From assembly GCA_030053915.1 (NCBI GenBank), contig JASGCT010000003.1:8779-72778 (forward strand): a stretch of 64,000 nt of DNA. Direction: 5' to 3'. The notes under the pieces were generated by a model, which worked only from the letters and a program-made list of their open reading frames with translations, was not told the origin of the DNA and made no database searches. Positions 55,369 through 64,000 of the stretch are shown here, in pieces. The DNA is from Alphaproteobacteria bacterium (GTDB lineage: Bacteria > Bacteroidota > Bacteroidia > Chitinophagales > Chitinophagaceae). How positions within the stretch are numbered: position 1 is the first letter of the stretch; each line of letters starts with the position of its first letter. Position numbers and translations under genes: made by a program.

Positions 55369-58300
55369 ATGTATTATTTAAAAAGTAGAACTATAAAATT
55401 AATTCTATCTACTTGCTGTTTTTTATTTTTAAATAATGTAAATTCTCAAGTAAAAATAACAGTAGGTGCTTCTGGAGCAAATTATACCTCAATCAATGCT
55501 GCTTTAGTTGCATTAAGAACCACAACAATCACTCAACCGCATCAAATTTTATTGCAAAAAAATTATAATTATAAACAAGAAACTATTCCTTTAATTATAA
55601 CCAATCAACCTGGCGCATCAGCTATAAATACCATAACCATTAAACCAGATTCTGGCGTTGTAACCAGTATTAAAGGAGCAGTTGACGGTGGGGCTGTTAT
55701 TAAATTTAATGGTTGTAAATATTTTATTTTAGATGGCAGTAATAAAGTGAATGGCACCACACGCGACTTAACAGTTGTGGACACATCTCAAAATGTTATA
55801 GACATCCATGATGTACCTTCTTATAATTCTAATGCGGTTATCTGGGTATCTACCCCATCTCCTTTTAGTCCAACTTCAAACATCACGATTAAAAATTGTA
55901 ATGTTGAAGGGTATCGAAATGGTTCTGTTTTAACCATTGTAACTGGTATATTAATATCAGGTCCTAATTTCTTTACGAATACCAACGACACTTCTGAATC
56001 TAATAAATATGGCACCATTAATAATATATCAATTATTAATAATCAAATTAGTAATATTCGTTTTTGCGGTATCGGGGCATTGGGTTTGGGGTTAATAAAA
56101 CATTTAGATTCAGGGTTAATTATTGATAGAAATATTGTAGGTTCAGCTACAGTGCCCATGTCTGGTCCACGTTTTATTGGCATTGCAGTGCTAAGATATA
56201 AAAATATTACGATGAGTAATAATGAGATTGTTGGCATGAATCATCCGAGTACTGAAGAAGAAACGCATTTAAATTTTGTGGATGAAAACACTTATGGTAT
56301 TTGTAACATAAATAATTTAAATGCCACGGTTTTTAATAATATGATACATGGTTTAAGTACCGATATTAATAATAGCCAATTATTTGGTGTATATAATAGC
56401 TCCAATGATTATTTAACAAGAGCTGGTAATAAAAGTACCAACCATAGATTTTATAATAATACAATTTATGATTTTGCATTTACTGAAAATAGTAATAGTG
56501 TACCATTTGTTACGGCATTTTATCATGAAGGTGGGTGGCGCGATAAATATAATTTTAATTCGGTATATCTGTCTGGAATTTTTGGCAAAAGCGCCTCCAG
56601 ACCTGTTACGGCTTTTTTTTATTCTAATAGATTTAGCGGTTCGGCTCAAACTATGCTAACAAATTACGATTCTACAGAAATTAGAAATAATATTTTTTAT
56701 ATAAACGATAATACATCGAATGCGAGTAAATATTTGTTTTATACCAATAGAAGTTTACATGCAGCTTTTTATACGAATATGTCTAATAATTTGTATTATA
56801 ATACAGCGAATACTAAAAATTTTATTGCGTACATAAATGGGACGTCTTACCAAACTTTTGGCAATTGGCAAACCTTTGTTGGAACTGCAGATGCCAACTC
56901 TAAATATGGCGACCCCTTATATATTTCAACCACAAATTTAAATATTCAAGCGGGTTCAGCGGCTATCTTATCGGCAATTCCACGTAATAATATTAATTTT
57001 GATATATTATATGCCACCCGCGATGCTATAAAACCTACCATTGGGGCTTATGAATATTCATATAATCCGGCTATAATTAAAAATGCCTATCCTATAATTT
57101 TAAGAAACTTAGATACGCTTAATATAGTGGGTTCTAAGTTAAGTCAAATTCAATTGATTGGATTTCCTGATTCGCAACAGGTATCGACTCTTTTAACTAA
57201 AACAGCCTTAAACGCAACGGATACTTTATATAAAATATTAATACCTAGCGTATTAAGGGGCGGTTTGTATATTGTTAAAGGCGTGGATAATCAAAATTTT
57301 CAAACAACAACGTATCGATTGATTCGGGTTTATACATTTCCAATAGATAGCGTTTATGTTAAAAGTTGGGGTTTTAATGATTATGGACAATATACACGCC
57401 CTGAGACCCAAAGAAGGGTGGTTCATTTAAGTACGGGTTCGGGTCATAGAATTTTATTAAGATTGAATGCCACTGTGCAAGCACAAGGCTTAAATAATAA
57501 TAACCAATTACCGCTAAACCCTGTTGACAGTGTGGTTGAGATGGCGGCAGGTTTAAATCATACTATTTTGTTAAGAACGAATGGTGTGGTACATGTATAT
57601 GGTAATCAAACTAATAAACCAGCCGATTCGGTTGGCTATGTTAATATTTCGGCAGGGTTGCTACATAGTTTATATTTAAAAAATGATTATTCAATGATAA
57701 CACGAGGTAGTAATAGTAATAGTCAGTTAAATGTTCCTGTAACGTTTTTGTCAGCAAGAAATTTAAGTGGTGGCGGTTTTCATTCTTTAGGTATTGGAAG
57801 TACACAAACTATTAGCGGCTGGGGTAGCAATGCCAGTGGGCAGGCAACTCTTGCTGTGGGTTCAAATAATAATATCGAGCTGATTGCTGGGGGGCATATT
57901 CATAGTTTAGCTTCCAAAACAAATAGAGTTCCTTTAGCTTTTGGGAGTAATAGTCGTGGTCAAGCCACAGTACCAACGCTTTCTAATGTGAATTACATTA
58001 AAGCTGGGGCTTATTTTAGTAACGCTTTACAAAATAATGAAATTTTTACGGCATGGGGGTTCAATGGTATAGATACTTTAAATGCATATCCTAGAAATGG
58101 GGCATTAAACTATTCTAATGTTGCTGGTTTGATTGATTCTTTTAATAAACAGCCCGATGTTGTGGCAATAGGAAATAGTACACCCTATATTTATAATTCG
58201 GTATTACAACGATTGTTTATTCAAACTTCAGTTAAGAATGGCACTATTTCACCCAAAATATATTTTAAATGGGGTGATACGGTTGTAATAACCTATAGTC

Positions 58301-61300
58301 CTTTACCAGGGCGGGTATTAGATAGCATTTTTATTGATAGTGTGTATGTTGGCAAAGATTCTTTAATACGATATACATTTCCAAATGCTACTTATAGTAG
58401 GTATATTCGGGTTGTGTTTTCTGACACGCCGCGTCCCGTTGTGCTTCTTAATCCGTCGCGCTTAGGATTAAGACTTTGCCCTAACGAAACCGATACTTCT
58501 AAGTATTTAAAAGTAAGGGCTTTAGGAAATACACTCAATAATCTTAATATTAAACTCTTATCTTATCAATGGTACCGAAATAGATTTAAAGACACTCTGA
58601 ATGGCGTGCCCTTGGCAGGTGCTAATGGCGTTTTAAATTCCTATGATACAACTCTAAAATTTTATCCACCCTCTAATGTTTATCCTGATACTAGTTATTA
58701 TTATGTTCGTTTTATAAATTCAAGTTTTGGCGATACATTTTCCAGCGTTTCGGGGGCTGTGATAACTATGAAAGCAGCAATTTCTTGGAAAATAAATGAT
58801 AGTATTTTTAATTATTGTGTACCAAGTTCCGATTCGGCGTTTATTAAATTACGATATACTAAATTTTATAGTTCCGATACTTTTAATTTTAAATTATATC
58901 AAACAAATACCAATACAAATTATAATGGCATGTTACAGTCGGTCTTGCCATTCCCGCCGCCCGTGCAAACATATAAAACGGCACAATTTTTGGTGAATAC
59001 CCCTCAAACTCGGTATTATTATATTTTCAGTACCAATATGTTTGGATGTATTGATACTACGCCAATTTATACTTTACAATGGACAACATTAATTAATATA
59101 ACTACCATAAATTTAAAAGATAGTTTGTATTGCCAAGGTGCATTAACGAAGGCTTTGGTAATTTCAACTGGTTTAGATTCAAATAAAGTACAATATCGTT
59201 GGTATGCTAATAATATGCCCAGTTTTAATGGAGCTATACCTTTAAATGTTTTAAATGATAGCAGTTTCAAACCATTTTCGATACCCAACGGTATTATTGG
59301 TGATAGTACTTGGTATTACGTTATTGTAACTGATAAATTGGGTGTATGTAAATCGGATACCTCGGTTTTAAGTGGTTTGATAGCTATAACAAGACCCGAA
59401 ATTGTTAATCCCAATACGTTGCTTCGTCAATATTGTCAATATATGGCTCAAGATACTTTGAAAGTAACTGTGAACAATTTATATTGGAAAAATAAAGTGG
59501 ATTATACTTGGTATAAACGCATTGTGTCGATACCTCAAAGTATTCAACTAGTTGGCATGGATAGTTTTTATGTACCAGATGGTTTAAATTACGATTCTGC
59601 TTATTATTTTGCTGTTGTAAGTTCAAAAGCTGGTACGGGTTGCAGTTTACGAGACACAAGTTTCTTGTCTGGGCTGTATATAACCTACCCGTTTCCAACT
59701 ATTTCAAATATCTTAAGAGACACTAGTTTCTGTTTTGTCCCAGGTGTAACAAGTTTAAATCTTACCATTAGCAGCCCATGGCAAACTTCTTTGTTGGTGC
59801 AATGGTATCAAACAAATCAAGGACTTCAGTATATTGGTAATGCTTTAGTGGGCGATACCAATTTATATTTAAATGTTAATAATAAAATTGATACATCATT
59901 TTATTATGCCATTGTTCGCAATAATTACGGGTGTGTGGATACGTCTAATATTGTAAGAGTTATAAATTTTCCGGTGCCCGATTCTAGTTCAATTGATTTT
60001 ATTTTAAATGGGGGTATGCCTATAATATGTGTGCCGGCTGGCGATACAACGCGTGTTGCCATAGCTATTAAAAATCCTCAAAACATACCCTTGACTTGGG
60101 ATATTTATAGAAGTTTTACCAATACTTATATGGGTTCGGTGATACCGCATTTTACTGTGCGTCCTTTAGATTCATTTGTTACCGATACTTTAAGAATATT
60201 TAATCAGAGTACACATTATTTTTATACTGTTTATAGTAATCAATATGGATGTAAAGATAGTTCGTCTATTTCAAAAATTCAATGGTATTTTGGTTTGGAA
60301 CTCAATACGGTGAATTTAACGGGTAATAGCTATTGTCGGGGTGCTATAGCCAACCCGTTAACGGTTGCTTTACAAATTCCTTTAGATACCTCTAGAATTA
60401 TTTATAATTGGTATGGTACGTATTCTCCAACATTATACAATGGTTTTTTATTAGCAACAAATAAAGATAGTTTTTGGGTGCCTGCAACCAACCCTGTGAA
60501 TCCAATTAGAGATACCATGTATTATTATACTATAGTTCAAGATAAATTATTTGAATGTGCTAGCGATACGTCTGCTATTTCTGGCGTTATCATTTTATCT
60601 TATCCTAATATAGATAGTATAACTCAAGTTACAACCCCAGCCGAACGTTGCCAAAATGCTAATTATGATAGTATCTCCGTAAAGCTTAACGGCAATTGGG
60701 TGGGGCAGGTACGTTATGTTTGGTTTAAAAATAAGAGTCAAATTTTTACAGGTGCCGATTCCATTAGTAACGATTCTGTATTGTATCCTATGGCAACACT
60801 TGTAGATACAAGTTATTATTTTTTAGTGGTAAAAGCAGATGCGATGTCTGGTTGTTATGGTGCTGCAGATACAAGTGACATTATTGGCCCCTTTATTACA
60901 TACCCGTATCCTAATATTACTGGTTTGTTAGATACTTTTACCGCAGTGTGTAGAAACACAATACCTGCAATAATATCGGCTCAGTATCAATACTTATGGG
61001 CGACAGATAGTTTAAGATTTCGTTGGTTGGTAAAACCATTTTCAGGTTCGGTTTTTAATATTATTTTAGATACTATTAAAGTGAATTCTTTTGATACATG
61101 GAAGGTTTTAGCCGATAGTTTTGAATTGCAGTATATTGTTTCTAATAAAATTGGCTGCGCCGATACGTCTAATATTGGACGATACGAATTATTAAGAACG
61201 GCATTTCAAGATAGCGTAAAAATAATCATCAATGATAACATTTCAAATTTATGTTTGAATTTATTGGATAGTCAAATGATATTTTTAAAAACTGTCAATA

Positions 61301-64000
61301 CAAATCTTACGCCCATGCCACCTGATTACCCGATGCCAATTACTTGGAAGATATTTATATCAGATACCAATGTATTTAATGGCAACCAATTAAATTTTAA
61401 TCAACGATTATTACCCCAAGATACCAATTATTTTGATTCAGATAAATTTGCCATTTCAAAATCTAATATTACGTCCACTAAATACTTTTATTCAGTACTA
61501 ACAAATAGAAATGGTTGTATGGATACATCGATGCCATTTAAAATTGATTGGACACGTTTATTAAAAATTACCAATATAAATTTAAATGGTGCATTGTATT
61601 GTAATGGTGATACAGCCTTGCCTTTGGCAGTTTCAGTAAAAGGATATGATACAACGAGGATTTTATACAAATGGTATCGTAATAACCAAGTTAGTATTTT
61701 AAATAGCCAATTAGTTAAGTCTAGCAATGATTCTTTTTATATACCTTTAACAAATTATAAAGCGGGTGATAGTTCTTATTATTTTGTTATAGCTGAAGAT
61801 AAATTAAACTATTGTATTGCGGACACCTCTAATATTTCTGGGTTAATTTATTTAAGAAATGCTACGTATATCAATACTTTTGATACAACGGATTATAATA
61901 AGTGTATCAATAGCGGGTCTTTTGATTCTTTAAAAATTGGGATTTATAATGGTTGGGCAGATTCCTTTAATTATACTTGGTATCAAGCGGCATTAACTAA
62001 TAATTATGTACCCGCTTTCTATTCAAACAAAAAATCTATTCAGCCCAACCAAACAATTGCCGATTCAGTTTATTATTTTTGTATTTTGAAGCCTTTAACA
62101 AGTGCTGTTTGCCCAAGAATAAATGATACGACTAAATATAGTGGGTTGTACGTTGTCTATCCTTTACCAATAATAAATAATATTTTATTGGATACTGTTT
62201 TATGTTTTACAAATTCACCATTATCTTATAGTTTGGACATCAATCCTATTTGGATGCCAAGTACTCAAGTTTGGACTTGGTTTATAAATGATTCAAATCG
62301 ATTTAATGGTGCTACAAGTCTTGGTAATTATGCTTTTAAAAATATTAATATATTTCTAAAAGACACGAATATTATAGATACAAATTATTATTTTGCACAA
62401 TATCAAAATACGTATTGTCAGGTTCGTTCGAATATTTTTAATATAGTGGTTTATCCTAAACCCAGCCATCAAATTATAAATTTCAAGGCGTCTGTTATAG
62501 ATAATTGCGTTCCAATTCAAGATAGTTTTGTGAAAGGACTCAGTTTTTCAATTTCTTATTTAAGCCCTTTACCACAATTATCTACGCGATTTTATGTAAG
62601 TTCCTCAGCCATGTTTTCGGGAACTTTATTAACAACAAGTTCTAAATCTGGTTCGGGTTTTGATTCTGTTTTTAATGTTGCAGAAGCCCTTAAAGTGAGT
62701 AACCCGCAATCTTATTATTTTTATGCTTTGCTTGAAAATGTGCTTGGTTGTGTTGATACCACACCTCTTAAAAACATTAATTTTATTGATAAAATAATAG
62801 CGACTACAATTCAATTAAATAGCCATATCTATTGTATCGGTGAGGCTCCCGTAGCATTGCAAGTAAGTAATGTTTTGGGTTATGATACTACTAAAATAAA
62901 TTATAGTTGGTACGGTAATATAATGTATGATTATAATTCGGCTAACTTGTTTTCTGTTTTAAATGATAGTTTTTATTTCCCTGCTACTGTGCCTTCGATG
63001 TTGGTTAAAGATTCAATGTTTTATTATGCTGTATTAACAGATAAAAACAATTATTGTCGTTCAGATACATCAGCAATTAGCGGTGCAATTGTGATTAATT
63101 ATCCAAAAATAGTGGTACAACCCAATCGTAATAATTATACATTATGTTTTGGAAATCCAATACCTAAAATTTCAGTAGGTATCGATAATAATTGGAAGTT
63201 AAATGTTGATTATTTTTGGTACAAGTTAAAAGATACATTAAATTTAAATTCTGCAGTTTTAGTTTCTAATGATAGTGCTTTTGTACCCATTTTAAATGCA
63301 GGCGATACGGCATATTTTTATTGTATTACCAAAGGTAAATCAAGTTCTAGTTGTCCTAATTTTGTGGATACCACAAATTTTTCTGGTGTGTATATAATTT
63401 TTAGAACACCAGTAATTACGAATATATTTAAAGACACAAGCTATTGTAGTAATATTGATTCTGCAAGATATCAGCTAAAATTGGCTCAAGTAAATATAGC
63501 AGATTCTGTTAAAATTAGTTGGTATGTGAGTAACAATAATAGTTATAATGGCAACCAAATATTAGGACTATCAGATTCTATTTTTAATACCAATAGAACG
63601 ATTGGTACGCGATATTATTATGCAGTTGCATCTAATAAATATCTTTGTTTTGATAGCTCAAATATATTTAATGTTATCATAAACCCGCATCCTTATCAAC
63701 AAGGAATTTCTGATATCATAAATAATAATTTAGGTTTATTATGCTTGCCTATTAATTTTGCTACTAAAGTGAACGTAATCGTTTCCAATCCTTTAAATGC
63801 TAGTATTAGTTGGTCTTTATATCAAAGTACGATACCGTCCAAAAATGGCACTATTTTAAGTGTGTTTCCAACCTCAAGGGTTGATTCGTTTGTTACAGAT
63901 TCTATAAAAATTAATATGCCATCTGTGAAATATTTTTATACTATTTATTCAAATAATTTTGGTTGTTTTGATACGTCTGATGTTTTTAGAATTGAATGGT
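55369..64000 (+). CDS. giant secreted multidomain surface (adhesin-like) protein, 5' part only; 2,877 codons in the window, 3' end beyond the window
   Basis: Frame +1 has no stop from TAA 55297-55299 to base 64000. ATG 55369 is the first in-frame start codon of any type. A -7 box lies at 55357-55364. The N-terminus MYYLKSRTIKLILSTCCFLFLNNVNSQ is signal-peptide-like. The ORF is absent from the track only because it is not closed by a stop. Confidence 0.9.
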   Translation, partial: MYYLKSRTIKLILSTCCFLFLNNVNSQVKITVGASGANYTSINAALVALRTTTITQPHQILLQKNYNYKQETIPLIITNQPGASAINTITIKPDSGVVTSIKGAVDGGAVIKFNGCKYFILDGSNKVNGTTRDLTVVDTSQNVIDIHDVPSYNSNAVIWVSTPSPFSPTSNITIKNCNVEGYRNGSVLTIVTGILISGPNFFTNTNDTSESNKYGTINNISIINNQISNIRFCGIGALGLGLIKHLDSGLIIDRNIVGSATVPMSGPRFIGIAVLRYKNITMSNNEIVGMNHPSTEEETHLNFVDENTYGICNINNLNATVFNNMIHGLSTDINNSQLFGVYNSSNDYLTRAGNKSTNHRFYNNTIYDFAFTENSNSVPFVTAFYHEGGWRDKYNFNSVYLSGIFGKSASRPVTAFFYSNRFSGSAQTMLTNYDSTEIRNNIFYINDNTSNASKYLFYTNRSLHAAFYTNMSNNLYYNTANTKNFIAYINGTSYQTFGNWQTFVGTADANSKYGDPLYISTTNLNIQAGSAAILSAIPRNNINFDILYATRDAIKPTIGAYEYSYNPAIIKNAYPIILRNLDTLNIVGSKLSQIQLIGFPDSQQVSTLLTKTALNATDTLYKILIPSVLRGGLYIVKGVDNQNFQTTTYRLIRVYTFPIDSVYVKSWGFNDYGQYTRPETQRRVVHLSTGSGHRILLRLNATVQAQGLNNNNQLPLNPVDSVVEMAAGLNHTILLRTNGVVHVYGNQTNKPADSVGYVNISAGLLHSLYLKNDYSMITRGSNSNSQLNVPVTFLSARNLSGGGFHSLGIGSTQTISGWGSNASGQATLAVGSNNNIELIAGGHIHSLASKTNRVPLAFGSNSRGQATVPTLSNVNYIKAGAYFSNALQNNEIFTAWGFNGIDTLNAYPRNGALNYSNVAGLIDSFNKQPDVVAIGNSTPYIYNSVLQRLFIQTSVKNGTISPKIYFKWGDTVVITYSPLPGRVLDSIFIDSVYVGKDSLIRYTFPNATYSRYIRVVFSDTPRPVVLLNPSRLGLRLCPNETDTSKYLKVRALGNTLNNLNIKLLSYQWYRNRFKDTLNGVPLAGANGVLNSYDTTLKFYPPSNVYPDTSYYYVRFINSSFGDTFSSVSGAVITMKAAISWKINDSIFNYCVPSSDSAFIKLRYTKFYSSDTFNFKLYQTNTNTNYNGMLQSVLPFPPPVQTYKTAQFLVNTPQTRYYYIFSTNMFGCIDTTPIYTLQWTTLINITTINLKDSLYCQGALTKALVISTGLDSNKVQYRWYANNMPSFNGAIPLNVLNDSSFKPFSIPNGIIGDSTWYYVIVTDKLGVCKSDTSVLSGLIAITRPEIVNPNTLLRQYCQYMAQDTLKVTVNNLYWKNKVDYTWYKRIVSIPQSIQLVGMDSFYVPDGLNYDSAYYFAVVSSKAGTGCSLRDTSFLSGLYITYPFPTISNILRDTSFCFVPGVTSLNLTISSPWQTSLLVQWYQTNQGLQYIGNALVGDTNLYLNVNNKIDTSFYYAIVRNNYGCVDTSNIVRVINFPVPDSSSIDFILNGGMPIICVPAGDTTRVAIAIKNPQNIPLTWDIYRSFTNTYMGSVIPHFTVRPLDSFVTDTLRIFNQSTHYFYTVYSNQYGCKDSSSISKIQWYFGLELNTVNLTGNSYCRGAIANPLTVALQIPLDTSRIIYNWYGTYSPTLYNGFLLATNKDSFWVPATNPVNPIRDTMYYYTIVQDKLFECASDTSAISGVIILSYPNIDSITQVTTPAERCQNANYDSISVKLNGNWVGQVRYVWFKNKSQIFTGADSISNDSVLYPMATLVDTSYYFLVVKADAMSGCYGAADTSDIIGPFITYPYPNITGLLDTFTAVCRNTIPAIISAQYQYLWATDSLRFRWLVKPFSGSVFNIILDTIKVNSFDTWKVLADSFELQYIVSNKIGCADTSNIGRYELLRTAFQDSVKIIINDNISNLCLNLLDSQMIFLKTVNTNLTPMPPDYPMPITWKIFISDTNVFNGNQLNFNQRLLPQDTNYFDSDKFAISKSNITSTKYFYSVLTNRNGCMDTSMPFKIDWTRLLKITNINLNGALYCNGDTALPLAVSVKGYDTTRILYKWYRNNQVSILNSQLVKSSNDSFYIPLTNYKAGDSSYYFVIAEDKLNYCIADTSNISGLIYLRNATYINTFDTTDYNKCINSGSFDSLKIGIYNGWADSFNYTWYQAALTNNYVPAFYSNKKSIQPNQTIADSVYYFCILKPLTSAVCPRINDTTKYSGLYVVYPLPIINNILLDTVLCFTNSPLSYSLDINPIWMPSTQVWTWFINDSNRFNGATSLGNYAFKNINIFLKDTNIIDTNYYFAQYQNTYCQVRSNIFNIVVYPKPSHQIINFKASVIDNCVPIQDSFVKGLSFSISYLSPLPQLSTRFYVSSSAMFSGTLLTTSSKSGSGFDSVFNVAEALKVSNPQSYYFYALLENVLGCVDTTPLKNINFIDKIIATTIQLNSHIYCIGEAPVALQVSNVLGYDTTKINYSWYGNIMYDYNSANLFSVLNDSFYFPATVPSMLVKDSMFYYAVLTDKNNYCRSDTSAISGAIVINYPKIVVQPNRNNYTLCFGNPIPKISVGIDNNWKLNVDYFWYKLKDTLNLNSAVLVSNDSAFVPILNAGDTAYFYCITKGKSSSSCPNFVDTTNFSGVYIIFRTPVITNIFKDTSYCSNIDSARYQLKLAQVNIADSVKISWYVSNNNSYNGNQILGLSDSIFNTNRTIGTRYYYAVASNKYLCFDSSNIFNVIINPHPYQQGISDIINNNLGLLCLPINFATKVNVIVSNPLNASISWSLYQSTIPSKNGTILSVFPTSRVDSFVTDSIKINMPSVKYFYTIYSNNFGCFDTSDVFRIEW
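55450..56900 (+). other. parallel beta-helix (PbH1-like) region of the giant protein (approximate bounds)
   Basis: Recurrent Asn-ladder turns are present: NITIKNCNVEG, ISIINNQISN, ITMSNNEIVG, VFNNMIHG, FYNNTIYD, EIRNNIFY, MSNNLYYN. Confidence 0.55.
57358..58068 (+). other. RCC1/BLIP-II-like beta-propeller repeats within the giant protein
   Basis: About 6 short blades: SWGFNDYGQ, AAGLNHTILLRTNGVVHVYGN, SAGLLHSLYL, GGGFHSLGIGSTQTISGWGSNASGQ, AGGHIHSLAS…AFGSNSRGQ, TAWGFNG. Confidence 0.6.
58430..63999 (+). repeat. array of 18 diverged Ig-like modules (about 100 aa each) organised as four-module super-repeats
   Basis: Each module follows the pattern C…(Y/F)xW(Y/F)…(D/T)(S/T)xYY(Y/F)…GC.DTS. Super-repeat boundaries fall at 59083, 60286, 61552 and 62785, and the last one ends at 63999 (401, 422, 411 and 405 codons). 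Confidence 0.8.

Noticed and set aside
55821-62814. Track ORFs 55821-56018, 56043-56237, 56413-56649, 56468-56659, 58796-58996, 59067-59288, 59405-59698, 61488-61727 and 62629-62814.
   Set aside because: All are 61-97 aa and lie antisense or out of frame to the uninterrupted 2,877-codon frame +1 ORF. They are low-complexity and have no motifs, so they are noise inside the giant gene.
1-64000. Search for CRISPR arrays, IS elements or transposases, integrases, toxin-antitoxin pairs and rRNA.
   Set aside because: I saw no regularly spaced direct repeats with unique spacers, no transposase or integrase-like ORFs, and no rRNA-like sequence. The only tandem repeats are those reported at 5989-6264, 23763-23850, 48404-48511 and the giant-gene modules.

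Overview
Visibly AT-rich chromosomal segment with Bacteroidota hallmarks: gldD-gldE gliding genes, a fused E1 alpha/beta 2-oxoacid dehydrogenase, DUF1573, DUF5606 and DUF5686 genes, and TAnnTTTG -7 promoter boxes just upstream of many genes. About 50 tightly packed genes are mostly housekeeping: DsbD, MeaB, pfkA-pyk, queG, metF, mdh, dnaA, tRNA-Ser(GCU), PBP2-RodA, comF-radA and nuoE-nuoF. I saw no transposase, integrase, CRISPR array or rRNA. The main hidden feature is the last 8.6 kb (55369 to 64000, + strand). It is one uninterrupted reading frame that the ORF track omits because it has no stop codon inside the window. It encodes a giant secreted protein: signal peptide, parallel beta-helix region, RCC1-like propeller, then at least 18 Ig-like modules in a nested 1/4/(possibly 12)-module repeat hierarchy. 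Other items worth a second look: a tight minus-strand operon with two Ddl-like ATP-grasp genes, one fused to a SET methyltransferase domain; a perfect in-frame 135-bp tandem duplication in the E1 gene; a frameshifted MHS-type MFS transporter next to tRNA-Ser; a T9 homopolymer that separates an ATGA-coupled start codon from the DUF5686 reading frame; a phased T-tract array between metF and mdh; an NRDE/ATP-grasp/membrane operon; a repetitive coiled-coil PD-(D/E)XK-like protein; and an isolated nuoEF pair. All product calls rest on motifs read from the translations and on recalled family knowledge. No database search was run.
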